A stretch of DNA of 64,000 nucleotides from Candidatus Gastranaerophilales bacterium (GCA_947584965.1 CANPWQ010000001.1:12480-76479), one strand, 5' to 3'. Positions 24,387-35,282 are shown, counted from the stretch's first letter. A program made the numbers and translations. The notes: generated by a model from the letters alone, not told the origin.

Positions 24387-25247
24387 ATGAAACAATCACA
24401 TGTAAAACTTCCCGATTATCTTAAGCGCGGAATTATTGACACGGAAAAAACAAAAACAGTAAGGCATATTTTAAAACAAAACTGTCTTAATACGGTATGT
24501 GAAGCGGCAAGATGTCCGAATAAAAGTGAATGCTATAATAAAAATACGGCTACATTTTTAATTATGGGGAATAATTGCACTCGTAACTGCCGTTTTTGCA
24601 ATATTAATTGTGCTTCTCCCGAGCCTTTAAACCCCGATGAACCTAAAAATATAGCTGACGCGGTATTTAAATTGGGATTAAAATATGCAGTCATAACCTC
24701 TGTTACACGTGACGATTTAGCTGACGGCGGAGCGGGGCATTTCGCCGAGGTTATTTATCAAATCAGAAAATATGCTCCTAATGTTAAAATTGAAGTGCTT
24801 ACTCCCGATTTTAAAGGGAATAAGGATGCAATTAATACTGTTATAAAAGCTCAGCCTGATGTATTTAATCATAATATTGAAACAGTACCATCTTTGTATA
24901 AAATAGCCCGTCCACAGGCTGATTACAAGCGTTCTTTAGAATTTTTAAAGTATATAAAAGAGAATTCAAATATTTTAACTAAAACAGGCTTAATGGTCGG
25001 ACTTGGTGAAACTAAAGACCAGCTTATTAGCGTTTTTAAAGACTTAGTTGAAATAAATTGTGATATTGTTACGATAGGGCAATATATTCAGCCGACAAAG
25101 CAACATCTTCCCGTGATTAAATACTATAAGCCCCACGAGTATGATGAACTGGCTGAAATCGCAAAGAAATCAGGTATAAAACACACCTTTTTCTCTCCGC
25201 TTACTCGCAGTTCATATAAGGCTTTTGAAGTATTCGAGAAAAAGTAA
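24387..25247 (+). CDS. lipA: lipoyl synthase
   Basis: CEAARCPNKSEC auxiliary cluster and CTRNCRFC radical SAM cluster. The start is uncertain: ATG 24387 versus TTG 24363. Confidence 0.93.
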   Translation: MKQSHVKLPDYLKRGIIDTEKTKTVRHILKQNCLNTVCEAARCPNKSECYNKNTATFLIMGNNCTRNCRFCNINCASPEPLNPDEPKNIADAVFKLGLKYAVITSVTRDDLADGGAGHFAEVIYQIRKYAPNVKIEVLTPDFKGNKDAINTVIKAQPDVFNHNIETVPSLYKIARPQADYKRSLEFLKYIKENSNILTKTGLMVGLGETKDQLISVFKDLVEINCDIVTIGQYIQPTKQHLPVIKYYKPHEYDELAEIAKKSGIKHTFFSPLTRSSYKAFEVFEKK

Positions 25248-25249
25248 AA

Positions 25250-25468
25250 TTATTTATCAAAATCAAAAAGGTCTTTTAATTTAACATCTAAGGCTTTGGC
25301 TATTTCTATTACCGTATCCAATGAAGGTTTAGAATATGCAATTTCTATCTTACCGACAAAATTAAGCCCTTTACCTATTTTATCCGCAAGCTCCTGCTGA
25401 GTATAGCAAAGTTCCTGCCTTCTTTTTTTTATATTCTTGCCTAATTTTTTATAAATACCCATATTCAT
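25250..25468 (-). CDS. XRE-family HTH transcriptional regulator
   Basis: 72 aa; ..LCYTQQELADKIGKGLNFVGKIEIAYSKPSLDTV.. is Cro/C1-type. Confidence 0.85.
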   Translation of the reverse strand: MNMGIYKKLGKNIKKRRQELCYTQQELADKIGKGLNFVGKIEIAYSKPSLDTVIEIAKALDVKLKDLFDFDK

Positions 25469-25505
25469 AATACATAAAGAATATATTTAAATCCCCTAAA
25501 CTTAT

Positions 25506-25539
25506 ACGTATTGACAATACGTAAAAATTGACATATTAT
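25506..25539 (+). promoter_or_regulatory. promoter (TTGACA, 17 nt spacer, TATTAT) overlapped by a perfect 17-bp palindrome, a likely XRE operator
   Basis: ACGTATTGaCAATACGT at 25506-25522 contains the -35 TTGACA (25511-25516). The -10 TATTAT is at 25534-25539. All lie in the 102-nt divergent region between the XRE gene and the pilin-like gene. Confidence 0.55.
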
Positions 25540-25570
25540 AACTACAACAGTCATTTTGGGAGTTTAATTT

Positions 25571-26302
25571 ATGTTTCGGGAAAATTGTATTCAAAAAAAT
25601 GGTTTTACACTTTCTGAAGTACTTATAACAATAGTTGTCATAGGTGTGATAGCAGCAATAGCTATTCCTATAATAAACAGCAGTATGTTGAAAAAAGATT
25701 TGGAATCAAAATTTTTAAAAGTATACAGCGGATTAAATCAATTTTCGAAAAAATTTTTCTTTAATGAAGGCATAAGTTTTGCGGAATATTGTTTGAGCGT
25801 TGCTCCATCTACTTTTATGAACAAATTCATATCATATTATAATATATCCGGTTATGCCTCGAAGGATATGTATGCAACACCAACCGAGGATTTAGATAAT
25901 AATTATAGTTTAAAAAGCATATCCGGTATCAAATCCAAAATACATGGATATTGTGATAATACAGGTTTTGTATCGGATTTATCCGGAGCTTTATATAAAT
26001 TTAATGATAGTCCATCATTATATAACGGACCCGTTGTTTGTGTTGATATAAACGGACTTAAAGGACCTAACAGAGTAGGCTATGATTATTTTCTTTTTGT
26101 TTTTACCATGGATAACAAGGTAATTCCTATGGGAATGTATGATAAAAATAATCCGCCATATGGACAAAAAGATGGTTCGGGCGAGTTATTTTCAACGGAA
26201 TGCACTAAGACTGGCAACGTTGGATGGGGATGTGCTTATTATGCTTTAAAAAATGCACATCCACAAAATCCATCTAAAAAATATTGGGGTGATTTTATTT
26301 AA
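25571..26302 (+). CDS. prepilin-type N-terminal cleavage/methylation domain protein (type IV pilin or pseudopilin-like)
   Basis: ..NGFTLSEVLITIVVIGVIAAIAIP.. (class III signal: G|FTL.E plus a hydrophobic helix). Confidence 0.8.
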   Translation: MFRENCIQKNGFTLSEVLITIVVIGVIAAIAIPIINSSMLKKDLESKFLKVYSGLNQFSKKFFFNEGISFAEYCLSVAPSTFMNKFISYYNISGYASKDMYATPTEDLDNNYSLKSISGIKSKIHGYCDNTGFVSDLSGALYKFNDSPSLYNGPVVCVDINGLKGPNRVGYDYFLFVFTMDNKVIPMGMYDKNNPPYGQKDGSGELFSTECTKTGNVGWGCAYYALKNAHPQNPSKKYWGDFI

Positions 26303-26526
26303 ATTTGTTTTTCTCTTCTGTAATTTTCTAAATAAAGTATTATTCTTTCTTTAAATATAATAAAAAATACGCCTACACCTACAAGCATTACAGCATTAAA
26401 AAATGTGAACCATACTATTTTGTTGCCGTTTAACAGTTGGGGCATGTTAAAAATCAACACGCTAAAAAGCAACCCTAAAGTAAGTAATAAATATATTACC
26501 GAAAAACGTACAGTAAATTTATACAT
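26299..26526 (-). CDS. small two-TM membrane protein, hypothetical
   Basis: 75 aa with two hydrophobic helices. Confidence 0.45.
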   Translation of the reverse strand: MYKFTVRFSVIYLLLTLGLLFSVLIFNMPQLLNGNKIVWFTFFNAVMLVGVGVFFIIFKERIILYLENYRREKQI

Positions 26527-26663
26527 AAAAAACCGCCTTTTCTTCCTTATAAATTAAAAAATGACACTATAAAATGAACACTCACTTCAGGTGTCAGATG
26601 AATAGGAAGCTAAACAGTTTAATAATATTTTTCTCATAACCGTATTATAACATTTCTTGTGCA

Positions 26664-26700
26664 AAATTAAAAGCCCCCATGATTTCATGGGGGCTTTTTG
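26664..26700 (-). terminator. rho-independent terminator of clpC
   Basis: AAAGCCCCCAUGA-nn-UCAUGGGGGCUUU hairpin, U-rich on the minus strand downstream. Confidence 0.75.
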
Positions 26701-26714
26701 TTAAGTTTTATTTT

Positions 26715-29156
26715 TTATGCTTTTTCACACTCAAAGACAATTTTTTCATCTTTTAGCTTAAGAACAATTTTATCGCCTTGTTCATATTTACCTGATAAGA
26801 TTTCTTCTGCCAAACCGTCTTCTATTCGTTTTTGAATTAATCTTCTTAACGGTCTTGCTCCGTATGCTTCCGAATATCCTGCATTGCCAAGATAATCTTT
26901 AACTTCATCGGTTACTTCTATTGTTAAGTTTTGTGATTCTAAGCGTTTGAATAAGTCATTAAGCATTAAATCTACAATTTCACGGATTTCTGGTTTAGAC
27001 AGATGAGCAAATACAATAATATCGTCAATTCTGTTTAAGAATTCGGGACGGAATGATTTTTTCATTTCTTCCATAACCGTATCTTTTAATTTTTCGTATT
27101 TGTCTTTTTGTTCATCTTCGGCAACGCTGAAGCCAAGTTTACTTGTATTTGTAATCATGCTTGCTCCGACGTTACTTGTCATGATGATAATTGTATTTTT
27201 AAAGTTAATATGTCTGCCTTTAGAATCAGTTAATCGCCCGTCATCAAGTATTTGAAGCATTATGTTAAATACATCGGGGTGTGCCTTTTCAATTTCATCA
27301 AAAAGAATTACGCTGTAAGGTTTCTTTCTGATGATTTCGGTTAAATGTCCGCCGTCATCATAGCCGACATATCCGGGAGGCGAACCGATTAATTTTGCGG
27401 TTGAATGTTTTTCCATAAATTCTGACATATCAACACGAATCATATTATCTTCACTGCCAAAAACAGCTTCCGCTAATGCTTTTGCAAGTTCTGTTTTACC
27501 TACACCCGTAGGCCCTGAGAAGATAAAACTTCCGATTGGTCTGTTTGGTGATTTCAAACCTACCCTTGCGCGTCTTATTGCTTTTGATAATGCAACAACT
27601 GCCTGATCTTGACCGATTACGCGTTTATGCAGTGTTTCTTCAAGTTTTAATAATCTTTCACTTTCACCCTCGGTTATTTTTGTTGTAGGTATACCTGTCA
27701 TTTGGCTTACAACTTGAGCTACCTGTTCTGCAGTAACCGTAGGTTTATTTTCTTCATTATCTTCACGCCATTTTAATGACATCTCACGAATTTTTTCTTT
27801 TAAGTCCGCCTCATCATCTCTTAAATTTGAAGCTGTTTCAAATTCTTGATTTCTTATGGCTTCTTCTTTTTCCTTTATAACAGCTTTTAACTGTTTTTCA
27901 AGTTCTTTACCCTCAGGCGGAAGTGCGCTTGTTTGTATTCTTAACTTTGACGCAGCTTCATCTATTATATCTATTGCTTTATCGGGTAAAAATCTGTCTG
28001 TTATGTATTTGTATGAAAGTTCTGTTGCTGCTACAATAGCTTCATCAGATATTTTTAACTTATGGTGGTCTTCATATTTGGGTTTTAACCCTTTTATTAT
28101 TTCGATAGTATCTTCAACAGACGGTTCTTCTATTATTATGGATTGGAAACGTCTTTCAAGTGCGGGGTCTTTTTCAACGTATTTTCTGTATTCATCAAGT
28201 GTTGTTGCACCTATAACTTGTATTTCGCCTCTTGAAAGAGCAGGCTTTAATATATTTGCAGCGTCAATAGCACCTTCTGCCGCACCTGCTCCTATCAAAG
28301 TGTGCATTTCATCAATAATAAGTATAATATTCCCAGCTTGACGAATTTCATCCATTATCTTTTTAAGACGTTCTTCAAATTCGCCTCTGTATTTTGTTCC
28401 TGCAACAAGTAACCCCATATCAAGCTGGATTACTTTTTTGCCGTCTAAAATATCGGGAACTTCCGAGTTAACAATTCTTGCTGCTAATCCCTCGACTACC
28501 GCAGTTTTACCTACACCCGGTTCACCTAAAAGTACGGGATTATTTTTTGTTCTTCTTGCCAGAATTTGTATAACACGTTCAATTTCTTTTTCTCTGCCGA
28601 CAACAGGGTCAAGTCTTTGTTCTTGCGCTGCAAGCGTTAAATCCGTACCAAATTCGTCAAGACTCGGCGTTTTTGTTTTTCCGCCGGATGCGCTTACTGT
28701 TGACGTTGTTTGTGTGGGTTTTGTTTCGCCCAGCATTTTTATTACGTTGCTTCTTACCTTATTCAAATCAACGCCTAAATTTTCCAGCACTCTTGCCGCA
28801 ACGCCTTCGCCCTCGCGAATTAATCCAAGCAGTAAGTGTTCCGTGCCTATATAATTATGTCCCAGTTGTCTTGCTTCATCCCAAGATAATTCTAATACTC
28901 TTTTTGCTCTTGGCGTAAAAGGAATTTCTACCGCAACAAAGCCCGAACCTCTGCCTATAATTTTTTCTACCTCAACACGTGCATCTTTTAATGTTACGCC
29001 CATTGTTTTTAATGTTTTTGCCGCAACACCGGTGCCTTCTCCGATTAATCCTAAAAGCACCTGCTCCGTACCTACAAAATTATGACCCAGTCTTCTTGCT
29101 TCTTCTTGTGCAAGCATTATTACTTTTATAGCCTTTTCGGTAAAACGTTCAAACAT
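26715..29156 (-). CDS. clpC: ATP-dependent Clp protease ATP-binding subunit ClpC
   Basis: Double Clp_N repeat; two AAA+ modules ([18 protein letters not shown]); UVR-like linker. Confidence 0.95.
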   Translation of the reverse strand: MFERFTEKAIKVIMLAQEEARRLGHNFVGTEQVLLGLIGEGTGVAAKTLKTMGVTLKDARVEVEKIIGRGSGFVAVEIPFTPRAKRVLELSWDEARQLGHNYIGTEHLLLGLIREGEGVAARVLENLGVDLNKVRSNVIKMLGETKPTQTTSTVSASGGKTKTPSLDEFGTDLTLAAQEQRLDPVVGREKEIERVIQILARRTKNNPVLLGEPGVGKTAVVEGLAARIVNSEVPDILDGKKVIQLDMGLLVAGTKYRGEFEERLKKIMDEIRQAGNIILIIDEMHTLIGAGAAEGAIDAANILKPALSRGEIQVIGATTLDEYRKYVEKDPALERRFQSIIIEEPSVEDTIEIIKGLKPKYEDHHKLKISDEAIVAATELSYKYITDRFLPDKAIDIIDEAASKLRIQTSALPPEGKELEKQLKAVIKEKEEAIRNQEFETASNLRDDEADLKEKIREMSLKWREDNEENKPTVTAEQVAQVVSQMTGIPTTKITEGESERLLKLEETLHKRVIGQDQAVVALSKAIRRARVGLKSPNRPIGSFIFSGPTGVGKTELAKALAEAVFGSEDNMIRVDMSEFMEKHSTAKLIGSPPGYVGYDDGGHLTEIIRKKPYSVILFDEIEKAHPDVFNIMLQILDDGRLTDSKGRHINFKNTIIIMTSNVGASMITNTSKLGFSVAEDEQKDKYEKLKDTVMEEMKKSFRPEFLNRIDDIIVFAHLSKPEIREIVDLMLNDLFKRLESQNLTIEVTDEVKDYLGNAGYSEAYGARPLRRLIQKRIEDGLAEEILSGKYEQGDKIVLKLKDEKIVFECEKA

Positions 29157-29225
29157 TGCTTTACTTCTCCTAATAAGACTCTTATATAAAATATTTTACA
29201 CCATAATCAAAATTATACAATCGCT

Positions 29226-29843
29226 TTATTGTAATTCATTCAGTTTTATTTTTGCGGGATTATATTCTTTTGATACTTCAATGGCTTTTTGATATTCGTC
29301 TTTTGCTTTTTCTTTTTCGTTCATTTTTTCATATATCATACCGTATATATAATGTGTTTCGGGATCTTTATATGATATTGATATACTTTTTTCTATATAT
29401 TTTTTTGCTCTTTGAATATAGTTATTATTCAACAAAACTCTTGCCGTGTATTTATATATTTCACGGTTAAATTTTTCTAAATAAGTAATTTTTTTTATTA
29501 TTTTCTCTATAATTTCGGTTTGGTGATACTTAAACAACATCTCTAAATCCTGCTCATAATAATTTCTTATTTGAAAATAAGTAGGATTTCTGGTGATATT
29601 TTCGCCATTAATTATATTAATTAAACACAAAAGCCAGTTAACTGCAGAAGATGAACCGTTGATTAAGGTTAATATTACTTTTGCTTCATCCAACTCGCCG
29701 GTCAGAAATTTTACATAAGCACATCCGTATAAATTCTCGGCTTTATTAAAATATTCCAAAGCGTTTTCAGGTTCTATACTTTGCAGTGCTGCTTTTGCCT
29801 TTGTATTATATTCTTTTTCAGCGTCCAAGGCTTTTTTATTCAT
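29226..29843 (-). CDS. TPR-like helical repeat protein
   Basis: C-terminal TPR (HYIYGMIYEKMNEKEKAKDEYQKAIEV). Confidence 0.65.
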   Translation of the reverse strand: MNKKALDAEKEYNTKAKAALQSIEPENALEYFNKAENLYGCAYVKFLTGELDEAKVILTLINGSSSAVNWLLCLINIINGENITRNPTYFQIRNYYEQDLEMLFKYHQTEIIEKIIKKITYLEKFNREIYKYTARVLLNNNYIQRAKKYIEKSISISYKDPETHYIYGMIYEKMNEKEKAKDEYQKAIEVSKEYNPAKIKLNELQ

Positions 29844-30433
29844 TATACTTTATTTTGTATAGGAGTTGAATTAATCTCATTTTGCTTCATTTTAGCGCGT
29901 TCCTGCATTATAAATGCTCTTGCACTCGGATGAATATTGTTTGAATATGCACCTTTAATTAATTTATCTATTTCAACATCGGTTTCATTTTTCGGTGTTT
30001 CTTTTAATTTTTCATTATACTCAACCATAAAAGCTACAGGATCGGCTTTTAGTTTTTTAATTTCATCAAAAGTAAATTCTTTATATTTACATTTTTCATT
30101 GTTTTCCATACACATTTCTGCCTGTATTGCGTATGAGGTTAATTTTGGTACGGTATTTAAATCTATTGTTTTATTAAATGCTTCGTGTGCCTCATCAGTC
30201 ATTGCTATTTGCATATAAGCACTTCCTAAGTAATACCAGGCTACTGCACTTGATGTATCTTTTGTTGTATACTCTTTTAAATCAGATATACAGCCTAAAT
30301 AATTTTTCTGCTTATATTTATTTATAGCCTCTTTTATTATTTTATCATCGCTGCTTGCGGCATTTACCGGAGCTGCAATACCGAAAACTCCCGTAATTGT
30401 TAAGATAAGCACTGCCAATAATATTTTTTTCAT
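29843..30433 (-). CDS. secreted TPR-like protein
   Basis: Signal peptide MKKILLAVLILTITGVFGIAAPVNA, and AWYYLGSAYMQIAMTDEAHEAFNKTIDL. Confidence 0.7.
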   Translation of the reverse strand: MKKILLAVLILTITGVFGIAAPVNAASSDDKIIKEAINKYKQKNYLGCISDLKEYTTKDTSSAVAWYYLGSAYMQIAMTDEAHEAFNKTIDLNTVPKLTSYAIQAEMCMENNEKCKYKEFTFDEIKKLKADPVAFMVEYNEKLKETPKNETDVEIDKLIKGAYSNNIHPSARAFIMQERAKMKQNEINSTPIQNKV

Positions 30434-30666
30434 ATATTATCCTCTTAAAATATTCTGATTTACCAAAATTACCTATTATAGATTATATACCCATTTTTTC
30501 AAAAAATATAGTATTATACATTTCTTATATGAATTCTTTAATTTTATTTCATATTTTTGAAGTAATTATTTCAATAAATACTATATTAACATTTGTAACA
30601 AAGGTATAATGTAATATGTAATTGTTGAGTAAACATTTTGTTTAATGATTATAATTCGGAGGAGAG

Positions 30667-30897
30667 ATGAAAATCAAAATTAAAGAAACGGTTAAGGCTA
30701 AAAAAGGCTGGAGTTTGTATAAACTTGCGCAAGTGCTTGATTTACCTCAGCAGACTGTTTATTCTTGGGCTAATGGCAGGACTCAACCCAGTTACGAAAA
30801 TATGGACAGATTATGTGAAACTATTTGCTGCAGTGTTGGTGATTTATTTGAAGCAGAGCCTGTTCAACAAAAACTTAACCTTGCCGTTAATCAATAG
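30667..30897 (+). CDS. XRE-family HTH transcriptional regulator
   Basis: 76 aa; GWSLYKLAQVLDLPQQTVYSWANGRTQPS. GGAGGAG RBS. Confidence 0.8.
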   Translation: MKIKIKETVKAKKGWSLYKLAQVLDLPQQTVYSWANGRTQPSYENMDRLCETICCSVGDLFEAEPVQQKLNLAVNQ

Positions 30898-31705
30898 TAT
30901 TTAATTCCCTGTGTGCGTCCTGTACTGTTTTTATGACGCTAATTTCCCTGTTTACCTTTTCGGTAGTTAAATATATTAAATATTCTATATTACCTTTTTG
31001 TCCTTTTACGGGCGAAAAGGTTAAATTTTTTGTGTTTAATCCTTTTTTAGCGCATTCTTCCATTACTTTATTTATTACTTGAATGTGAATTTCTTTTTCT
31101 CTTACTATTCCGTTTTTGCCAACCTGCTCTTTTCCCGCTTCAAATTGAGGTTTTATTAACGATACAATTTCTAAATTGTCCTTTTTTCCGAGTTTTATAA
31201 TATTTTCTATTACTCTTGTTATTGATATGAATGATAAATCCATTGTTATAAATTCTGCATACTCATCATTATCATCATAGATATCATTTTCCGAGCAGTT
31301 TTTTATATTAACTTTTTCTATTACTTTTACTCTCTTGTCTGTTCTGAGCTTCCACGCCAATTGACCGTAACCTACATCAACGCTGTATACTTTTTTTGCT
31401 CCGTTTTGAAGCATGCAGTCCGTAAACCCGCCTGTTGAAGCACCTGCATCCAAGCATATTTTCCCCTTTAAATCAATATTAAATTCTTTAATTGCTTTTT
31501 CCAGCTTATATCCTCCGCGAGATACGTAAGGCATTGTTTTTATTTCTATTGTTGTATTTTCTTTTAATTCAAGCAGATACCCTGATTTTGTTATTGTTTC
31601 GCCGTTTATTTTTACATCGCCCGCCATTATTGCAGCTTGAGCTTTACTTTTTGTCTCAAAATAGCCCTTTTCCGTAAGTATTTTATCAAGTCTTTCTTTT
31701 GTCAT
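30887..31705 (-). CDS. tlyA: TlyA family rRNA (cytidine-2'-O)-methyltransferase
   Basis: S4 domain N-terminus (RLDKILTEKGYFETKSKAQ) and FtsJ-like DAGASTGGFTDC. Confidence 0.9.
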   Translation of the reverse strand: MTKERLDKILTEKGYFETKSKAQAAIMAGDVKINGETITKSGYLLELKENTTIEIKTMPYVSRGGYKLEKAIKEFNIDLKGKICLDAGASTGGFTDCMLQNGAKKVYSVDVGYGQLAWKLRTDKRVKVIEKVNIKNCSENDIYDDNDEYAEFITMDLSFISITRVIENIIKLGKKDNLEIVSLIKPQFEAGKEQVGKNGIVREKEIHIQVINKVMEECAKKGLNTKNLTFSPVKGQKGNIEYLIYLTTEKVNREISVIKTVQDAHRELNTID

Positions 31706-32460
31706 TAAAAATTAAATATCCTTTTAGCGTTTTTGGTTGTCTGTTCTTTTACTTCTTCAACATCAATATTTCTAATTGCTGCTATTTCCCGTGCAATGTA
31801 CTTTAAATATGCGGGAGTATTTAATTTGCCGCGAAATGGTACAGGGGCCAGATATGGAGCGTCTGTTTCAAGCAGTATACGTTCAAGCGGAATTATTTTT
31901 GCCGTTTCTTTTAAATCTTTTGCGTTTTTAAAGGTTACTACTCCGCCTATGGCGATATAATAGCCTTTATCTATACATCTTTTTGCAAATTCGCAGCTGC
32001 CTGAAAAACAGTGAAAAACAATGGTCTTTATATCATAATCTTTAAGTATGTTAAATGTATCTTCATGAGCTTCTCTATCATGTATTAATACAGGCAGTCT
32101 TACTTCTTGAGCAAGTTCTAATTGTTTTCGCAGAACGGTTTTTTGCAGTTCTTTTGTTTCTGTTTCCCAATAATAATCAAGACCGATTTCACCTATGGCA
32201 ATAATCTTTTTATTAATTGCAAATTCTTTTAATTTTGCTTCAACTGCGTCATTATATGTTTTAGCTTCAGACGGGTGTACTCCTAAAGCAGGGTATAACA
32301 TTTCATACTTATTACAAAGGCTTATGATTTCATTAAATGTTGACGGCTCAACTCCGGGGATTATTACTTTTTCAATTTCATTTTCCCTAAGTTCTTCTAA
32401 AAACCCGTCAAAATTATTTTGGTATTCTTCAAAATTTATATGTGAATGCGTGTCTATCAT
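31705..32460 (-). CDS. tatD: TatD family metal-dependent hydrolase
   Basis: MIDTHSHINF.., GEIGLDY, HCFSG and ETDAPYL motifs. I chose the ATG at 32460. Confidence 0.9.
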   Translation of the reverse strand: MIDTHSHINFEEYQNNFDGFLEELRENEIEKVIIPGVEPSTFNEIISLCNKYEMLYPALGVHPSEAKTYNDAVEAKLKEFAINKKIIAIGEIGLDYYWETETKELQKTVLRKQLELAQEVRLPVLIHDREAHEDTFNILKDYDIKTIVFHCFSGSCEFAKRCIDKGYYIAIGGVVTFKNAKDLKETAKIIPLERILLETDAPYLAPVPFRGKLNTPAYLKYIAREIAAIRNIDVEEVKEQTTKNAKRIFNF

Positions 32461-32531
32461 AACTTTACTATAACAAAAAAAATTTTTATGTGATTTGATA
32501 TATATGAGAAGTTTTGGAAAAATATACAAAA

Positions 32532-33215
32532 ATGGAAATTAATGCATTAATAAATAAGCCGCAAAGCAACATTAAAACGAATAAAAAACGGGTAACGGCA
32601 GCCTCAATTGCAGGTAGTGCAATAGGAATAGGAGCGGCAGTCGCAGGCGTTTATGCAATGGCAAAAAGACGCAATCCTATGACTACACTTAAAAATTTAA
32701 CGTACGAAGAAGGTGATGTCCTTTTAATCGGTGCAGGTTCTGTTTTGGGCGGATTAACAGGCGGATTAATGGCTGATAAAAATAAAAACAATAAAACACT
32801 TAAACTCCGTGAGGCTTCTCAGCAATTTATAGGAAATATGGTTTTCCCGATTTCTATTCTGGCGGGAGCTAATAAACTCCTTAATAAGTATGTTATTAAA
32901 TCTCTTGAAAATCTTTCCGCACGCGATATGGTTATTAAAACCGCCGTTTGTATTGCCTCTTTGGTCGGCGGTATGGAACTCGGCAATGCCGTTATGAACA
33001 GAGTTAACAATAAAATTTTTAAAGAAGAAATTAAACATGATGTCCATGCGGAAGATTACTTAGTGCATGCTGATGATTTGTGTTTGACGGCTAATATGGT
33101 CTTAAAAGATTTTAAACAAATTTCTGCAATTACTTCAAAAATCTTACCTTTAACTTTTATTGTGGCAGGTTCTAAAACAGGCATGCAGCAGTCTGAAAAG
33201 AGTATTAATTTATAA
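32532..33215 (+). CDS. membrane protein with glycine-zipper segments, hypothetical
   Basis: AGSAIGIGAAVAGVYA and GAGSVLGGLTGGLMA. Confidence 0.55.
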   Translation: MEINALINKPQSNIKTNKKRVTAASIAGSAIGIGAAVAGVYAMAKRRNPMTTLKNLTYEEGDVLLIGAGSVLGGLTGGLMADKNKNNKTLKLREASQQFIGNMVFPISILAGANKLLNKYVIKSLENLSARDMVIKTAVCIASLVGGMELGNAVMNRVNNKIFKEEIKHDVHAEDYLVHADDLCLTANMVLKDFKQISAITSKILPLTFIVAGSKTGMQQSEKSINL

Positions 33216-34293
33216 ACTCGCACATTACTTCGTTACTTAAAAGAATTCCTTTTTTTGTAAGTTTAACCGTGCCGTTTTCAGCTGTTAATAAATTTAATTT
33301 TTTATAGTTGTTTAGGATAACCGAGTATTTTTTCTCAAAATCAATATTATATTTTTTATTTATGTTATCAATATTTATGCCGTTATTAAGCCTTAAAGCC
33401 AGTATTATTTCTTCTTCCAGCTTTTCTTTCGCGGTTAAAACAGTTTCTTCTTCCCTATCAAGCGGGTTTAAAATATATTTTTTTAAATCTGATTGATTTT
33501 TATATCTTATATCCCCGATGTACCCCGAAGCGTTAACTCCAAATCCGTAATAATTTTTGTTTTGCCAATAGCATAAATTATGGCGCGAGGCATAACCTAG
33601 TTTAGCAAAATTACTTATTTCATAATGCTTAAAGCTGTTTTTTTCAAGAGCTTCACATATATATAAAAACATTGTTTCCTGCATGGTATCATCGGGGAGG
33701 TTATTCGGCAGATTTTTCCCGAAATATGAGTTTTTTTCGATTTTTAATCCGTATGTTGAAATGTGTGTTATATCAAGTTCTAATGCTTTTTTAATATCAT
33801 TTTTCACGTCAGAGAGATTTTGATTGGGCAGTCCGTAGATTAAATCAATGCTGATATTACTAAAACCTGCATTTTTCAAATTATTTAAGGCTTTATAAAT
33901 TGTTTTTTCATCATGTAATCTGCCGATTTTATTAAGGATTTTCCCGTTAAAAGTCTGAACTCCTAAAGAAATTCTGTTTATCCCGAGTTGTTTAAAAAGT
34001 TTGAATTTATTTTCGTCAACGGTTTCAGGGTTTACTTCAAGAGTTATTTCTGCATTGGAGCTTATTTTAAACAAAGATATCAACCCTTCAATATTTTTTG
34101 TTTCAAGCAAAGATGGAGTTCCGCCGCCTATGTACAAGGTTTTTAATTCTTCATTTTTATACTGTTTTTTAATTTGATATGTCAGTGAATTTATATATTC
34201 ATCTTTTAACTGAATATCTGCCCCCGATACAAAGTTACAGTATCGGCATTTTCTAATGCAAAACGGAATATGAATGTACGCGTGGCTTGTCAT
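33205..34293 (-). CDS. hemW: radical SAM family heme chaperone HemW (HemN-like)
   Basis: YIHIPFCIRKCRYCNF and GGGTPS. Confidence 0.9.
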   Translation of the reverse strand: MTSHAYIHIPFCIRKCRYCNFVSGADIQLKDEYINSLTYQIKKQYKNEELKTLYIGGGTPSLLETKNIEGLISLFKISSNAEITLEVNPETVDENKFKLFKQLGINRISLGVQTFNGKILNKIGRLHDEKTIYKALNNLKNAGFSNISIDLIYGLPNQNLSDVKNDIKKALELDITHISTYGLKIEKNSYFGKNLPNNLPDDTMQETMFLYICEALEKNSFKHYEISNFAKLGYASRHNLCYWQNKNYYGFGVNASGYIGDIRYKNQSDLKKYILNPLDREEETVLTAKEKLEEEIILALRLNNGINIDNINKKYNIDFEKKYSVILNNYKKLNLLTAENGTVKLTKKGILLSNEVMCEFIN

Positions 34294-35195
34294 GGTTGTA
34301 ATTCGGTATTAATTAAAACTTCTTTGTCTTTTATAATCAATACTTTTTTATTTAAAAATTCTTCCACCATCAGCGGAATTGCTTTTGTTCCAAGATGATA
34401 GCCGTCAACATAGTATTGAGTCTTTGTGTTTAATTTATCATCAACGAGTTTATTAAAAATGGAACAAAATACAAATCCGTTTTTGTGTGATAATTTTTCA
34501 AGTTTTTCATTAAATATTTTTGTTGCAAGATTTCTGTCATGCTCGCTTCCGATACTCGGAAGTAAAAAATCTTTAGGTACAGAGTCATTTTGAGAAGCGA
34601 CAGGTCCCCATGTGATTACATTCAGCCCCTCTTTTTGAAGCATTTTTATGTATTCAAGATAATTTTTTAATATAGCGTCTATTTCATCATTCATTGACTG
34701 AAGATTGTATTCACCGTTTTCATCTTTTAGAACACGTTTAAATAAATGCACTCTTATGTCAATCTCACCAAAAGACAAAATAATACTATCGCCTTTTTTT
34801 ATATAACCGTTCTCAATTAAAAATTTAGTTTTGTTTAAAGTGTTGGTTGATGAATTTTCTTTCATGGAATTATAAGCAAGAACAGCGCCTAAATGGTAAT
34901 TTTTAAACGTAGGCATTGACTGGCAGCCTGTTGTAATACCATATTTCAGCTTTTTGTAAGACAAAAAATCCTGCCCCGAAAAGAAAACGCTGTGACTGTC
35001 CCCTATAACAAATAAAGTTTCCGGTTTTACTTCTGTAACTCCTTTATCGGTTATTTCATTTACCGTTTTTAAAAGATGAATATCCGACAACTTATTGCAT
35101 TTTCCCCAGTTGTTAAAAGAAGTAAACTTAAATTTTATTCCAAAAAAGTTAATAAATAATCTGTTTCTTATTCGTTCAAATTTAAAAAGTTTCAT
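34290..35195 (-). CDS. SGNH/GDSL-like hydrolase, hypothetical
   Basis: FVIGDSHSVFFSG (block I) and DGYHLG (block V-like). I chose the ATG at 35195. Confidence 0.55.
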   Translation of the reverse strand: MKLFKFERIRNRLFINFFGIKFKFTSFNNWGKCNKLSDIHLLKTVNEITDKGVTEVKPETLFVIGDSHSVFFSGQDFLSYKKLKYGITTGCQSMPTFKNYHLGAVLAYNSMKENSSTNTLNKTKFLIENGYIKKGDSIILSFGEIDIRVHLFKRVLKDENGEYNLQSMNDEIDAILKNYLEYIKMLQKEGLNVITWGPVASQNDSVPKDFLLPSIGSEHDRNLATKIFNEKLEKLSHKNGFVFCSIFNKLVDDKLNTKTQYYVDGYHLGTKAIPLMVEEFLNKKVLIIKDKEVLINTELQP

Positions 35196-35282
35196 AATAA
35201 ACTGAATATAGCAAAAAATAAGTAAAAGCACAAAATTGTAACTTTTGATATTATTTGATAAAATTTCAATGGAGTGAATTTA

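Noticed and set aside
23047-25247. ECF sigma/anti-sigma pair followed by lipA as an unusual regulatory unit
   Set aside because: This is a standard sigma/zf-HC2 anti-sigma pair. Adjacency to lipA (19-43 nt gap, depending on the start chosen) is probably just gene packing, and nothing in the sequence suggests a special link.
27856-28918. Three plus-strand ORFs (161, 138 and 81 aa) inside clpC
   Set aside because: They are antisense to a confidently identified, full-length ClpC. Their Ser/Ile/Phe-rich low-complexity translations are typical of antisense frames in AT-rich genes. The same reasoning applies to the antisense ORFs inside the GT genes, hemW, tatD, PBPs, priA and others listed in the track.
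25250-30897. The two XRE-family regulators as prophage remnants or toxin-antitoxin antitoxins
   Set aside because: No integrase, phage structural genes or adjacent small toxin ORFs are present. The neighbours are housekeeping genes (lipA, tlyA) or a pilin-like gene.
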